Made by a program: the position numbers and the translations under genes. DNA of 64,000 nucleotides from assembly GCA_003134555.1 (NCBI GenBank), contig PLBO01000103.1:19251-83250 (forward strand), given 5' to 3'. The DNA comes from Actinomycetota bacterium (GTDB lineage Bacteria; Actinomycetota; Acidimicrobiia; IMCC26256; PALSA-610). Under the pieces are notes generated by a model. That model was not told where the DNA came from, did no database searches, and saw only the letters and a program-made list of their open reading frames with translations. This document shows positions 18,851 through 27,311 of the stretch, in pieces; the first letter of the stretch is position 1, and each line of letters begins with the position of its first letter.

Positions 18851-20974
18851 GTGCACGACGCCGCACTCGACCGATCGCTCAACGCAAACCTCGACGAAGC
18901 GCTCGACGACTTCCGCCTCGCGCTGGTGTCGCGCTTTTGCGACGACCGCGAGATCGCGCTCCGCCAGCAGAACCGCGCCTTCTTCCAGATCTCGGGCGCC
19001 GGGCACGAGGCATTGCTGCTCGGCCTCGCTCGCTCCCTGCGCGCCGGCTACGACTGGTTTTTCCCCTACTACCGCGATCGTGCGCTCGCATTGGCCCTCG
19101 GGGTCACTCCCCTCGAGATGTTGATGCAAGCGGTCGGGGCGGCGGCCGACCCCGCATCGGGCGGCCGGCAGATGCCCTGTCATTGGGGTTCGGCCCGACT
19201 CAACATCGTCAGCCAGACCTCGGTCACCGCGAGCCAGTGCCTGCCCGCGGTCGGTTGTGCGGAGGCGGCTCGGTACATCGGCCGGCGTCCGCACCTGCCG
19301 GGCTGCACCGCGCACGGCGACGAGGTGACGTACGTGTCGCTCGGCGAGGGCGCGACCTCCGAAGGCGAGTTCTGGGAATCGCTCAACACGGCGACCCGTC
19401 TCCATCTCCCGGTGCTGTTCGTCGTCGCCGACAACGGCTACGCGATCTCGGTGCGATCGACCGATCAGCATCCCGCTCCGATCTCGGAGATGGTGCGGGG
19501 CATCCGCGGGCTGCACGTCGTGAACATGGACGGTTGCGACTACTTCGAGGTACGCAGCAAAGGTGCCAACGCGATCGCGCACGTGCGCGCGGGCGCGGGT
19601 CCGTGCCTCGTGCACGCGCTCGTCACGCGTCCCTATTCGCACTCGCTCTCCGACGACCAGAAGAAGTACCGTGCGGCAGAGGAGCTCGACGACGAGCGCG
19701 AGCGCGACCCGATCACGCTCCTCGAACAACGACTCCTCGCGGCGGGAGCGCTGACCGTCGAGACCGCCGAGCAGATGCGCGCGGAGGCCAAGGAGACGGT
19801 GCGCGCGGCGGCCGAGGCCGCGCTCGCGCTGCCGCGGCCCGCGCCCGCGTCGGTGACGGATCACGTGTTCGGGCCGATGCCGGTGCAGACCGACCCCGGC
19901 GAGCCGGTCGCGAAGGCCGCCGACGACACTCAAGGCGTCGACGACGCCGTCGAGCCCGCCGTCGTCACGTTCGGTGAGGCGATCCGTCTCACGTTGCACG
20001 AGCAGATGGCGCGCGACGAACGAATCCGTGTCTTCGGCGAGGACGTGGCCGACGCCGATCCGCACGTCATCGACGAGGTGCCCGGTAAGGGCGGAGTGTT
20101 CGGCATCACGTTCGGCCTCCAGCGCGCGTTCGGAGACGCGCGCTGCTTCAACACGCCGCTGGCGGAGGCGAACATCATCGGCCGCGCAGTAGGGCAGGCA
20201 ATGCGCGGACTCCGGCCGTGCGCCGAGATCCAGTTCTTCGACTATGTGTGGCCGGCGATGAATCAGCTGCGGTCGGAGGCGGCGACGACGCGCTGGCGCT
20301 CGAACGGCGCGTTCACCTGCCCCATGGTCGTGCGCATCCCGATCGGCGGATACCTCCAGGGCGGCGCGCTGTACCACAGCCAATCAGGCGAATCCATCTT
20401 CGCCCATACCCCCGGACTCCTGATCGCGTTTCCCTCCCGCGCTCGAGACGCGGCCGGGTTGTTGCGCACGGCGTTCCGCTGCGACGATCCCGTGCTCTTC
20501 CTCGAGCACAAGCACCTGTACCGACAGGGCTACAACCGCGATCCGATGCCGCCCGACGACTGGATGCTGCCGTTCGGCAAAGGCGCGTACATATCGCGCG
20601 GGGATCGTGCAACCGTCGTGACGTGGGGCGCGACCCTGCACCGCGCCCAGCTCGCCGTGAAGGAGTTGGGCGACGACGCCGGCATCGAGATCATCGACCT
20701 GCGCACCATCGTGCCGTGGGACCGCGAGATCGTGGCCGAGTCGGTGCGCAAGACAGGTCGAGTGCTCGTTTTGCACGAGGACACGCTCACATGCGGGTTC
20801 GGCGCGGAGATCGCGGCGTTCGTCGCCGACGAGTGCTTCGAGCACCTCGACGCGCCGGTCTGGCGCCTCGCCGCCACCGACGTGTTCTGCGCGTACGAGC
20901 CTGCCCTCGAGAGTGCGATCCTCCCGCAGGTCGGCGACATCGAACGCGATCTACGCGCCCTTCTCGCCTACTGA
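18851..20974 (+). CDS. Fused E1 alpha-beta component of a TPP-dependent 2-oxoacid (branched-chain/acetoin-type) dehydrogenase
   Basis: 707 aa. The alpha part has the TPP motif GEGATSEGEFWESLN...LPVLFVVADNGYAISV. The beta part has FGEDVAD...FNTPLAEANIIG. GTG start. Confidence 0.85.
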   Translation: MHDAALDRSLNANLDEALDDFRLALVSRFCDDREIALRQQNRAFFQISGAGHEALLLGLARSLRAGYDWFFPYYRDRALALALGVTPLEMLMQAVGAAADPASGGRQMPCHWGSARLNIVSQTSVTASQCLPAVGCAEAARYIGRRPHLPGCTAHGDEVTYVSLGEGATSEGEFWESLNTATRLHLPVLFVVADNGYAISVRSTDQHPAPISEMVRGIRGLHVVNMDGCDYFEVRSKGANAIAHVRAGAGPCLVHALVTRPYSHSLSDDQKKYRAAEELDDERERDPITLLEQRLLAAGALTVETAEQMRAEAKETVRAAAEAALALPRPAPASVTDHVFGPMPVQTDPGEPVAKAADDTQGVDDAVEPAVVTFGEAIRLTLHEQMARDERIRVFGEDVADADPHVIDEVPGKGGVFGITFGLQRAFGDARCFNTPLAEANIIGRAVGQAMRGLRPCAEIQFFDYVWPAMNQLRSEAATTRWRSNGAFTCPMVVRIPIGGYLQGGALYHSQSGESIFAHTPGLLIAFPSRARDAAGLLRTAFRCDDPVLFLEHKHLYRQGYNRDPMPPDDWMLPFGKGAYISRGDRATVVTWGATLHRAQLAVKELGDDAGIEIIDLRTIVPWDREIVAESVRKTGRVLVLHEDTLTCGFGAEIAAFVADECFEHLDAPVWRLAATDVFCAYEPALESAILPQVGDIERDLRALLAY

Positions 20975-22372
20975 GAGATCGAGGATCAGGCTCTCCCGCT
21001 CGGGCCCCAGGACCGGCGGCCCGGGACGGTTCGCCCGGTCTTCGTACGCGGCCAGGACCTCGCCCACGATCTCGGCGTCGGCCATCAGCGCGTCGGGAGT
21101 GGCCAACAGGTTGAACCACCGCAGGAACGCCCGGAACACGACGGGCGATGTGCGCATCGCCGGGAGGAGTCCCTCGCGGAAGACGGCTTGCATGAAGGCC
21201 CGCGGATCTTCGGACGGCAGCTCTTCGAGCAGCGCACGAGCCTGTGCATCCTGCAGCACCGCGGAACGGAACCACGGCACCAGCTCGCGTTCGGTGAATG
21301 CCGCGAAGGCACGGGCGGAGCCGTCGAGATCGTCGGCGTGCTCGCGAAGCGCATCCGCCAGACCGAACGCGTGCACGAAGGCGAGACTGCAGCCTCGACC
21401 GTAGAGCGGATTCGTACACACCGCCGCGTCGCCGACCGCGACGAAACCGTGCACCAAGGGCGAACCGTCACCGTCGACGAGGGACCGGTACCGATTGCGC
21501 AGCCCCGCCATGACGTGCACGCCGGTGATCGGATCAGACACACCGTCGACGCGCCAGGGCGCGGTCGCAACGAGCGAACGGGCGACCGTCTCGAAGCCCG
21601 CCGAAGCGGCCAACGCGCGGCGCATCTCCTCGTCGTGGCTCTCGATCGCGTAGGTGATCGAGAAGGTCCGGTTGTCGCCGAGAAAGATCGCGTACTTGAG
21701 GTAGCCGAGATCAGCCGCAGTCGGTCCGACGTAAGGAGGCGCCTCGACGCCGTCTCGGACGCGGTAGAAGCGCGAGAAGTAGACGATGCCGCTCTCGTGC
21801 AGCTCCTCGCGAACCGGTGCGGCGCCTATCGCGGTGAGCCAGTCGGCGGACGACGAGCGCGGACCGCGGGCGTCGACCACCAGATCGGCCCGCGCTCCGT
21901 CGACACCGACGACTTGCGGGATCGGTCCCGACCGCGCGTCGAGGGTGCCGGCCGCGATACCGTGCCGGAGCTCGACACCCGGCTCCTCCAACACGAGCTT
22001 CTGTAACACCCATTCGAAGGTGGTGCGGCGGCACGCGAGCGCGACGAGCTCGTCGTCGCCCGGACGAGGCAACCGGTCGGTGAGCGTCGGAGGTAGGTGC
22101 TCCGTGAACGCGATCTCCGTCGCGCCCGCGTCGAGGAGCGCGTCGAGAACGTCGGGCGCGCGATCGCGCAAGAGGTTGCGCAGGCGGGCGAGGAAAGCGT
22201 GCGAATGGCGCACCTGTGGCGCCCCGGTGCGCTCCCACGCGAACGCGGCCTCGGCGTCGGCCGGCATCGGAGTGTCGTCGCGTTCGAGAACGGTCACTTC
22301 GTGTCCGTACCGCGCGCACGCGAGCGCGGTCGCGAGACCCGCGATCCCGCCGCCCACAACGATGATTCGCAC
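20951..22372 (-). CDS. FAD-dependent oxidoreductase/monooxygenase
   Basis: VRIIVVGGGIAGLATALACARYGHEVTVLERD (GxGxxG beta-alpha-beta). Start at GTG 22372, preceded by GAGGAGG. The track start is 22396. Confidence 0.8.
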   Translation of the reverse strand: MRIIVVGGGIAGLATALACARYGHEVTVLERDDTPMPADAEAAFAWERTGAPQVRHSHAFLARLRNLLRDRAPDVLDALLDAGATEIAFTEHLPPTLTDRLPRPGDDELVALACRRTTFEWVLQKLVLEEPGVELRHGIAAGTLDARSGPIPQVVGVDGARADLVVDARGPRSSSADWLTAIGAAPVREELHESGIVYFSRFYRVRDGVEAPPYVGPTAADLGYLKYAIFLGDNRTFSITYAIESHDEEMRRALAASAGFETVARSLVATAPWRVDGVSDPITGVHVMAGLRNRYRSLVDGDGSPLVHGFVAVGDAAVCTNPLYGRGCSLAFVHAFGLADALREHADDLDGSARAFAAFTERELVPWFRSAVLQDAQARALLEELPSEDPRAFMQAVFREGLLPAMRTSPVVFRAFLRWFNLLATPDALMADAEIVGEVLAAYEDRANRPGPPVLGPERESLILDLSVGEKGA

Positions 22373-22432
22373 CGAACCTCCTCGGGGCGTGCCCACAGCC
22401 TCCGGGCGAGGGTATCTACAGCGGGCCGCAGG

Positions 22433-22714
22433 TCACGGACACGAGCACGGGATAGCGCTGCAGCGCGGGCAGCCCGACCGGTAACGGGCAGCCGCGTCGT
22501 CGAGAGACAGGCCGAGCTGATCGGTCAACGAAGCCAACCAGGCCAGAACGTCGCCGACCTCGTGGAGCTGCTCGTCGCGCGTGCCTTTGCGGACGGCTCG
22601 CGCCAGCTCGCCGAGCTCCTCCGCGAGCCACGCAACCGTCGCGTCGATGCCGCGGGCGCGATCGCGCGCGCCGAAGGTGCCGGCCATCAATTCCTGGAAC
22701 TCGTCGAGCTGCAT
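22433..22714 (-). CDS. MazG-like nucleotide pyrophosphohydrolase domain protein with a Cys-rich tail
   Basis: 93 aa with WLAEELGELARAV and VGDVLAWL. C-terminal GCPRCSAIPCSCP. Lies 13 nt after the ACAD stop. Confidence 0.75.
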   Translation of the reverse strand: MQLDEFQELMAGTFGARDRARGIDATVAWLAEELGELARAVRKGTRDEQLHEVGDVLAWLASLTDQLGLSLDDAAARYRSGCPRCSAIPCSCP

Positions 22715-22727
22715 GACCGCCCCTTCG

Positions 22728-23948
22728 CTACGACGGAAGCTCCCGGAACGGCGTGTCCTTGCCGGGCCGCGGCTCGCTCGGCAGCCCGAGCACCCGCTCG
22801 CCGATCACGTTGCGCTGGATCTGCTCGGTGCCGCCGCCGAGGCGGCTGCTCCACTGCCCCAGAAACTGCTGCTGCCAGTAGCCGTGCTGGATCGCGTCGT
22901 CGTCGTAGAGCATCGACTCCGCGCCTTGGAGCGTCATCACCAGATCGCCGTCGTACTCGAGCCGGCGCGACGCGGCGAGCTTGACCACCGAGGCCTCCGG
23001 ACCGAGGCCCTGGTCCTTGCGGCTCCGCGCGCGCCAGCCGAGCCATTTGATGAGCTGCAAGCGGGTGTAGCTGCGGGCGAGCTCCTGCCGCACCACGGGA
23101 TCGTCGTCGGCACCGCAACGCTTCGCGAGCGCGACCAGATCGCGAAAGCCCACCCGCCCCCCGCTGCCGATCAACGCCCGCTCGTTCGAGAGCATCGTGT
23201 TCGCCACGCGCCAGCCACCGCCGAGGGGGCCGACGCGCATCGAGTCGGGAATGCGGACGTCGGTGAGGAAGACCTCGTTGAAATGCGACGCGCCGGTGAT
23301 CTGGCGCAGCGGCCGCACGTCGATTCCCGGGGTGCGCATGTCGAGCAGGAACGCGGTGATGCCCTTATGCTTCGGCGCGTCGGGATCACTGCGCGCGAGG
23401 AGCAGACCCCAGTCGCTGTAGTGCGCGCCGGACGTCCACACCTTCTGGCCGTTGACGGTCCACTCGTCGCCGTCGCGCTCGGCGCGCGTTCTCAACCCGG
23501 CGAGGTCGGAGCCCGCGCCCGGTTCGGAGAACAGCTGGCACCAAACGTCGTCGCCGCGCAACATCGCGGGCAGGAATCGCTCCTGCTGTTCGGGCGAACC
23601 CCACACGATGATCGTGGGCCCGGCCATGCCGATGCCGACTGCGAAGACACCGACCGCCGCGTTGTAGTGCGATTGCTCCTCGTTGAAGATGCGCTGCTGC
23701 CATCCCGGTCCGCCGCGCCCGCCCGCCTCGACCGGCCACGTAATTCCGGTCCAACCACCCTCGTAGAGGACGCGCTGCCACTCCTTGCACGCGCCGACGT
23801 GTAACGCGTCGGCCTCGGGGCTGCCGTCACCCGGCATGTACGAGTGGTCGGACTGCTCACCTGCCTCGCGGCGCTTCGCGTGCGCGTCGAGCCACGCCCG
23901 CACCTCGACCCGGAACGCGCGCTCCTCGTCGGTTTCCTCGAAGTCCAC
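22728..23948 (-). CDS. Acyl-CoA dehydrogenase
   Basis: 406 aa with ...FSEPGAGSDLAGLRTRAERDGDEWTVNGQKVWTS...GGGTEQIQRNVIGE. GTG start 3 nt after the SDR stop. Confidence 0.88.
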   Translation of the reverse strand: MDFEETDEERAFRVEVRAWLDAHAKRREAGEQSDHSYMPGDGSPEADALHVGACKEWQRVLYEGGWTGITWPVEAGGRGGPGWQQRIFNEEQSHYNAAVGVFAVGIGMAGPTIIVWGSPEQQERFLPAMLRGDDVWCQLFSEPGAGSDLAGLRTRAERDGDEWTVNGQKVWTSGAHYSDWGLLLARSDPDAPKHKGITAFLLDMRTPGIDVRPLRQITGASHFNEVFLTDVRIPDSMRVGPLGGGWRVANTMLSNERALIGSGGRVGFRDLVALAKRCGADDDPVVRQELARSYTRLQLIKWLGWRARSRKDQGLGPEASVVKLAASRRLEYDGDLVMTLQGAESMLYDDDAIQHGYWQQQFLGQWSSRLGGGTEQIQRNVIGERVLGLPSEPRPGKDTPFRELPS

Positions 23949-23951
23949 CGT

Positions 23952-24746
23952 TCAACCGCCCAACACGGAGCCGTAGTCGGGGCCGCGCCGAAGCTGATGG
24001 CCGCCGTCGATCCCGAACATCTGACCCGTGACCCACGTCGACTCCGGGCCCGCGAGATAGCGCACCGCCGCGGCGATGTCGTCGACGGTGCCCACGCGGG
24101 ACACGGGCATGTTCGCGTAGTAGCTGTCGAGGATCGGTCCACCGGCCGTGATGAAGCTCATGAGCTCGGTGTCGACGATGCCCGGCTGCACCGCGTTCAC
24201 GCGGATGTCGTGCTCACCCAACTCGTCGGCCGCGCACTTCACGAGCATCTCGATCCCGGCCTTGCTCGCGCAGTACGCGCTCATGAACCGGTGCGTCGTG
24301 TGACCCGCGATCGACGACATGCCCACGATCGAACCGCCACCACCGCGCATCATCACCGGAGCCGCGTGCTTGATGCAGAGGAACGTTCCGACCAGATTCA
24401 GGTCGACCGTCGCGCGCCATCCGTCGGCGTCCGACGCGACGATCGGGCCGCCGTGCAACGAGCCGCCCGCGCACGCGAACAGCACGTCGAGGTTGCCGGT
24501 CGGTTGCGTCGCCGTCGCCACCGCCCGCTCGACGTCGGCTTCGTCGGTCACGTCGCACACCGCGTACTGAACCGTGACACCCGGCGCCGCCGCGGCGATC
24601 TCCCCGACTGCTGCCGCGAGGCGCGTCTCCGTGCGGCCCGCGATCGTCACGTGGGCCCCGTCGGTCGCGAACCTCCGAGCGCAGCCGAAGCCGATGCCGC
24701 TGCCGCCGCCCGTGACGAGCGCGGCCATCCCCTCCATGCCGGGCAC
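23952..24746 (-). CDS. SDR (3-oxoacyl-reductase-like)
   Basis: Motifs VTGGGSGIGFG and YCASK. 264 aa. Confidence 0.85.
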   Translation of the reverse strand: MPGMEGMAALVTGGGSGIGFGCARRFATDGAHVTIAGRTETRLAAAVGEIAAAAPGVTVQYAVCDVTDEADVERAVATATQPTGNLDVLFACAGGSLHGGPIVASDADGWRATVDLNLVGTFLCIKHAAPVMMRGGGGSIVGMSSIAGHTTHRFMSAYCASKAGIEMLVKCAADELGEHDIRVNAVQPGIVDTELMSFITAGGPILDSYYANMPVSRVGTVDDIAAAVRYLAGPESTWVTGQMFGIDGGHQLRRGPDYGSVLGG

Positions 24747-24755
24747 CGCGCGCCC

Positions 24756-24959
24756 TCAGGAAATGTCGACGATGGTGATTGCCTGCTTCGGGCAGACCCG
24801 GACCGCTTCCTCGCACTTGGCACGCAGCTCGTCGGGCGGTTCCTCCTGGAGCACGTACAAGAAGTCGTCGTCGCGCACCTCGAACACCTCGGGCGCGGCG
24901 GCCATGCACAACGCATTGCTCTCGCACTTGTCGAAGTCGACGACAACCCGGAAGCTCAT
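24756..24959 (-). CDS. Small ferredoxin (3Fe-4S type)
   Basis: ATG 24959 is preceded by GGGAGGAA. MSFRVVVDFDKCESNALC...VCPKQAI. First gene of the Fdx-SDR-ACAD-MazG string. Confidence 0.8.
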   Translation of the reverse strand: MSFRVVVDFDKCESNALCMAAAPEVFEVRDDDFLYVLQEEPPDELRAKCEEAVRVCPKQAITIVDIS

Positions 24960-25054
24960 GGGTTCCTCCCGTTCTCGATGACGGGCGGCACCGTATCGCA
25001 CGGGCCTCAGGCGGTTTCGAGCGTCGGCGCGGCGCCTGCTAGAAGAAGCGGACG

Positions 25055-25546
25055 ATGTTCGACGATCTGCTCGACGCCAACCGGCGCTACCAGACCGACT
25101 TCCACGATTCTGGCGTGGCGGGCGTCGCGGCGAAGAGTCTCGCGGTACTCACCTGTATCGACTCGCGCATCGATCCTCTTGCGCTGCTCGGCCTGCGGGC
25201 GGGCGACGCGAAGATCATCCGCAACGCCGGGGCGCGGGTGACCGGCGATGCCTTGCGCTCGCTCGTGATCGCCGTGAACCTGCTCGGCGTGACCCGTGTC
25301 TGTGTGGTGCAGCACACAGACTGCGCCATGGTCGGCTCGACCGACGACGAGGTGCGTGCCCGCATCGAAGCGGTGCGCGGCGTCGATGCTGCGGGCTGGG
25401 AATTCCTGGCGAGCCGCGACCAGATGGCGACGTTGCGCGACGACATCGCGCTCATCGCGTCCTGCCCGCTGTTGCCTCCCGACCTCCACGTCGGCGGGTT
25501 CATCTTCGACGTGCACAGCGGTGATCTGGTACCCGTGAACTTCTGA
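25055..25546 (+). CDS. Beta-class carbonic anhydrase
   Basis: Motifs CIDSR (CxDxR) and HTDCAM (HxxC). 163 aa. Confidence 0.85.
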   Translation: MFDDLLDANRRYQTDFHDSGVAGVAAKSLAVLTCIDSRIDPLALLGLRAGDAKIIRNAGARVTGDALRSLVIAVNLLGVTRVCVVQHTDCAMVGSTDDEVRARIEAVRGVDAAGWEFLASRDQMATLRDDIALIASCPLLPPDLHVGGFIFDVHSGDLVPVNF

Positions 25547-25589
25547 CACCGCTCCCGCAGGCGTCGCTCACGGCGCTAGTTTCCCCGAG

Positions 25590-26324
25590 ATGAGCGACGC
25601 GAACATTTCCGGACAGGACGTCACAGTCGAAACCGCCGACGGGCCGATGCGTCTCTACGAGGCGAAGCCGCCGGGCGAGGCCCGGGGCGCGATCGTCGTC
25701 ATCCAGGAGGCTTTCGGCGTCAACCCGCACATCGAGGACGTGACCAGGCGCGCCGCGGCGGCCGGATATCACGCGGTCGCACCCGACCTCTTCCATCGAT
25801 CGGGGCCGGGCGCGATCGTCGAGTACGGCAACTTCGAGAAGGTCATGGAGTACTTCAAGGACGTGTGGGGCGACGAGGCCATCCTCACCGACGTCGATGC
25901 GGCGCTCGCCCATTTGCGCGCGGCGGGGCACGCCGACAGCCGCATTGGCATCGTCGGGTTCTGCTTCGGTGGACGGGTCTCGTTCCTGGTCGCACTACGG
26001 CGCGCGCTCGGCGCCGCCGTCGGCTTCTACGGCGGTGGCATCGTCACCGGCCGCTTCCCGCAGTTCCCGCCGTTGGTGAGTGAGATCGCGTCGTTGCAGG
26101 CGCCGTGGCTGGGCCTGTTCGGCGACCAGGACGCTTCGATTCCGGTCGAAGACGTCGAGCAACTACGCGAAGCGCTGCGCGCGGCCAAGGTCGCCACCGA
26201 GATCGTGCGCTACCCGGACGCCGGCCACGGGTTCCATTGCGATCGTCGGGACGACTACCGGCCCGACGACGCGGCCGATGCGTGGCGCCGCGCACTCGAT
26301 TGGTTCGCATCGCACCTCCACTGA
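25590..26324 (+). CDS. Dienelactone hydrolase family protein
   Basis: 244 aa with an alpha/beta-hydrolase pattern: IVVIQEAFGVNPHIEDV...GIVGFCFGG...YPDAGHGF. Confidence 0.8.
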   Translation: MSDANISGQDVTVETADGPMRLYEAKPPGEARGAIVVIQEAFGVNPHIEDVTRRAAAAGYHAVAPDLFHRSGPGAIVEYGNFEKVMEYFKDVWGDEAILTDVDAALAHLRAAGHADSRIGIVGFCFGGRVSFLVALRRALGAAVGFYGGGIVTGRFPQFPPLVSEIASLQAPWLGLFGDQDASIPVEDVEQLREALRAAKVATEIVRYPDAGHGFHCDRRDDYRPDDAADAWRRALDWFASHLH

Positions 26325-26363
26325 CAACGGCGGCTGCACCGACGGCTGCGTAGGCTGCGGCGG

Positions 26364-27311
26364 ATGGCTCCGTCCGCCCGCCTGCGCGCCGCCCTCGCCG
26401 CGATCGACGACGCGAACCGGGCCGATCCCACGATCGTCACCGTGCGCGATCGCACCGGGCCCAAGGAGATCATTCACGCCGATCTCGTGACCGAATGGGT
26501 ACTCCGCCTCCGGCCCGATGCCGACGACGCGCTGCTGCTCGCGGCGCGCGGGCACCACTTCCGCCGCTGGACGGTGCCGCGCGCGAGCTATCCCGAGGGG
26601 CGCGCCGGCTACCTGCGCTGGCGCAAGGACCTGCACGGGCAGCACGCGCGCGAGCTCGGGGTCGTGCTCGGCGATGCGGGCTACGACGAGGCGACGATCG
26701 CGCGCGTGCAGTCGATCGTGCGCAAGGACGGTCTGGCTCGCGCCGGCGAGCACGACGACGTGCAGGTGCTCGAGGACGCGCTGTGTCTCGTGTTCCTCGA
26801 GACCCAGCTCGTCGACATCGCGGCCCGACTCGACCCCGCGAAACTGCCGGGCGTGATCACGAAGACCGCGCACAAGATGAGTGCGGCCGGGCTCGCCCAG
26901 ATCGCTCACGTCCCGCTCGGGCCGGGCGCGCATCGGATCCTCGACGAGGCCTTCGCGCGCGACGTCGTGCAGCGCTATCTCGACGGTCTCGCCGCCGCCG
27001 ACTGGGCCGCGGTGAGCGCATCCCTCGCCCCCGACGTCGAGCGCATCGGCCCGTATCGCGACATTTTCCGTGGACGCCGGGAGTACGCCGACTTCCTGCA
27101 GAACACCGTCAGCGCGCTGTCGGGCTACGAGCTCGTGATCGCCGGCATGATCGCCGACGGCAATCGCGTCGCGGTCGAGCTGAGCGAGACGGTCGACGAC
27201 GGTGATGCCCGGTTGCATACCGACGAGACGGTCGTGTTCGACGTCGCCGGCGGTCTGATCGCGCGCGTGGCCGTCTACCTCCAGACCTCCGAGCGCCGGG
27301 AGCCGGGGTAG
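26364..27311 (+). CDS. DUF4202 domain fused to a SnoaL/NTF2-like domain
   Basis: The N-terminal half has LLAARGHHFRRWTVPRASYPEGRAGYLRWRKDLH (DUF4202 signature as I recall it). The C-terminal ~115 aa (VVQRYLDGLAAADWAAV...VAVYLQ) is NTF2-like. Confidence 0.7.
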   Translation: MAPSARLRAALAAIDDANRADPTIVTVRDRTGPKEIIHADLVTEWVLRLRPDADDALLLAARGHHFRRWTVPRASYPEGRAGYLRWRKDLHGQHARELGVVLGDAGYDEATIARVQSIVRKDGLARAGEHDDVQVLEDALCLVFLETQLVDIAARLDPAKLPGVITKTAHKMSAAGLAQIAHVPLGPGAHRILDEAFARDVVQRYLDGLAAADWAAVSASLAPDVERIGPYRDIFRGRREYADFLQNTVSALSGYELVIAGMIADGNRVAVELSETVDDGDARLHTDETVVFDVAGGLIARVAVYLQTSERREPG

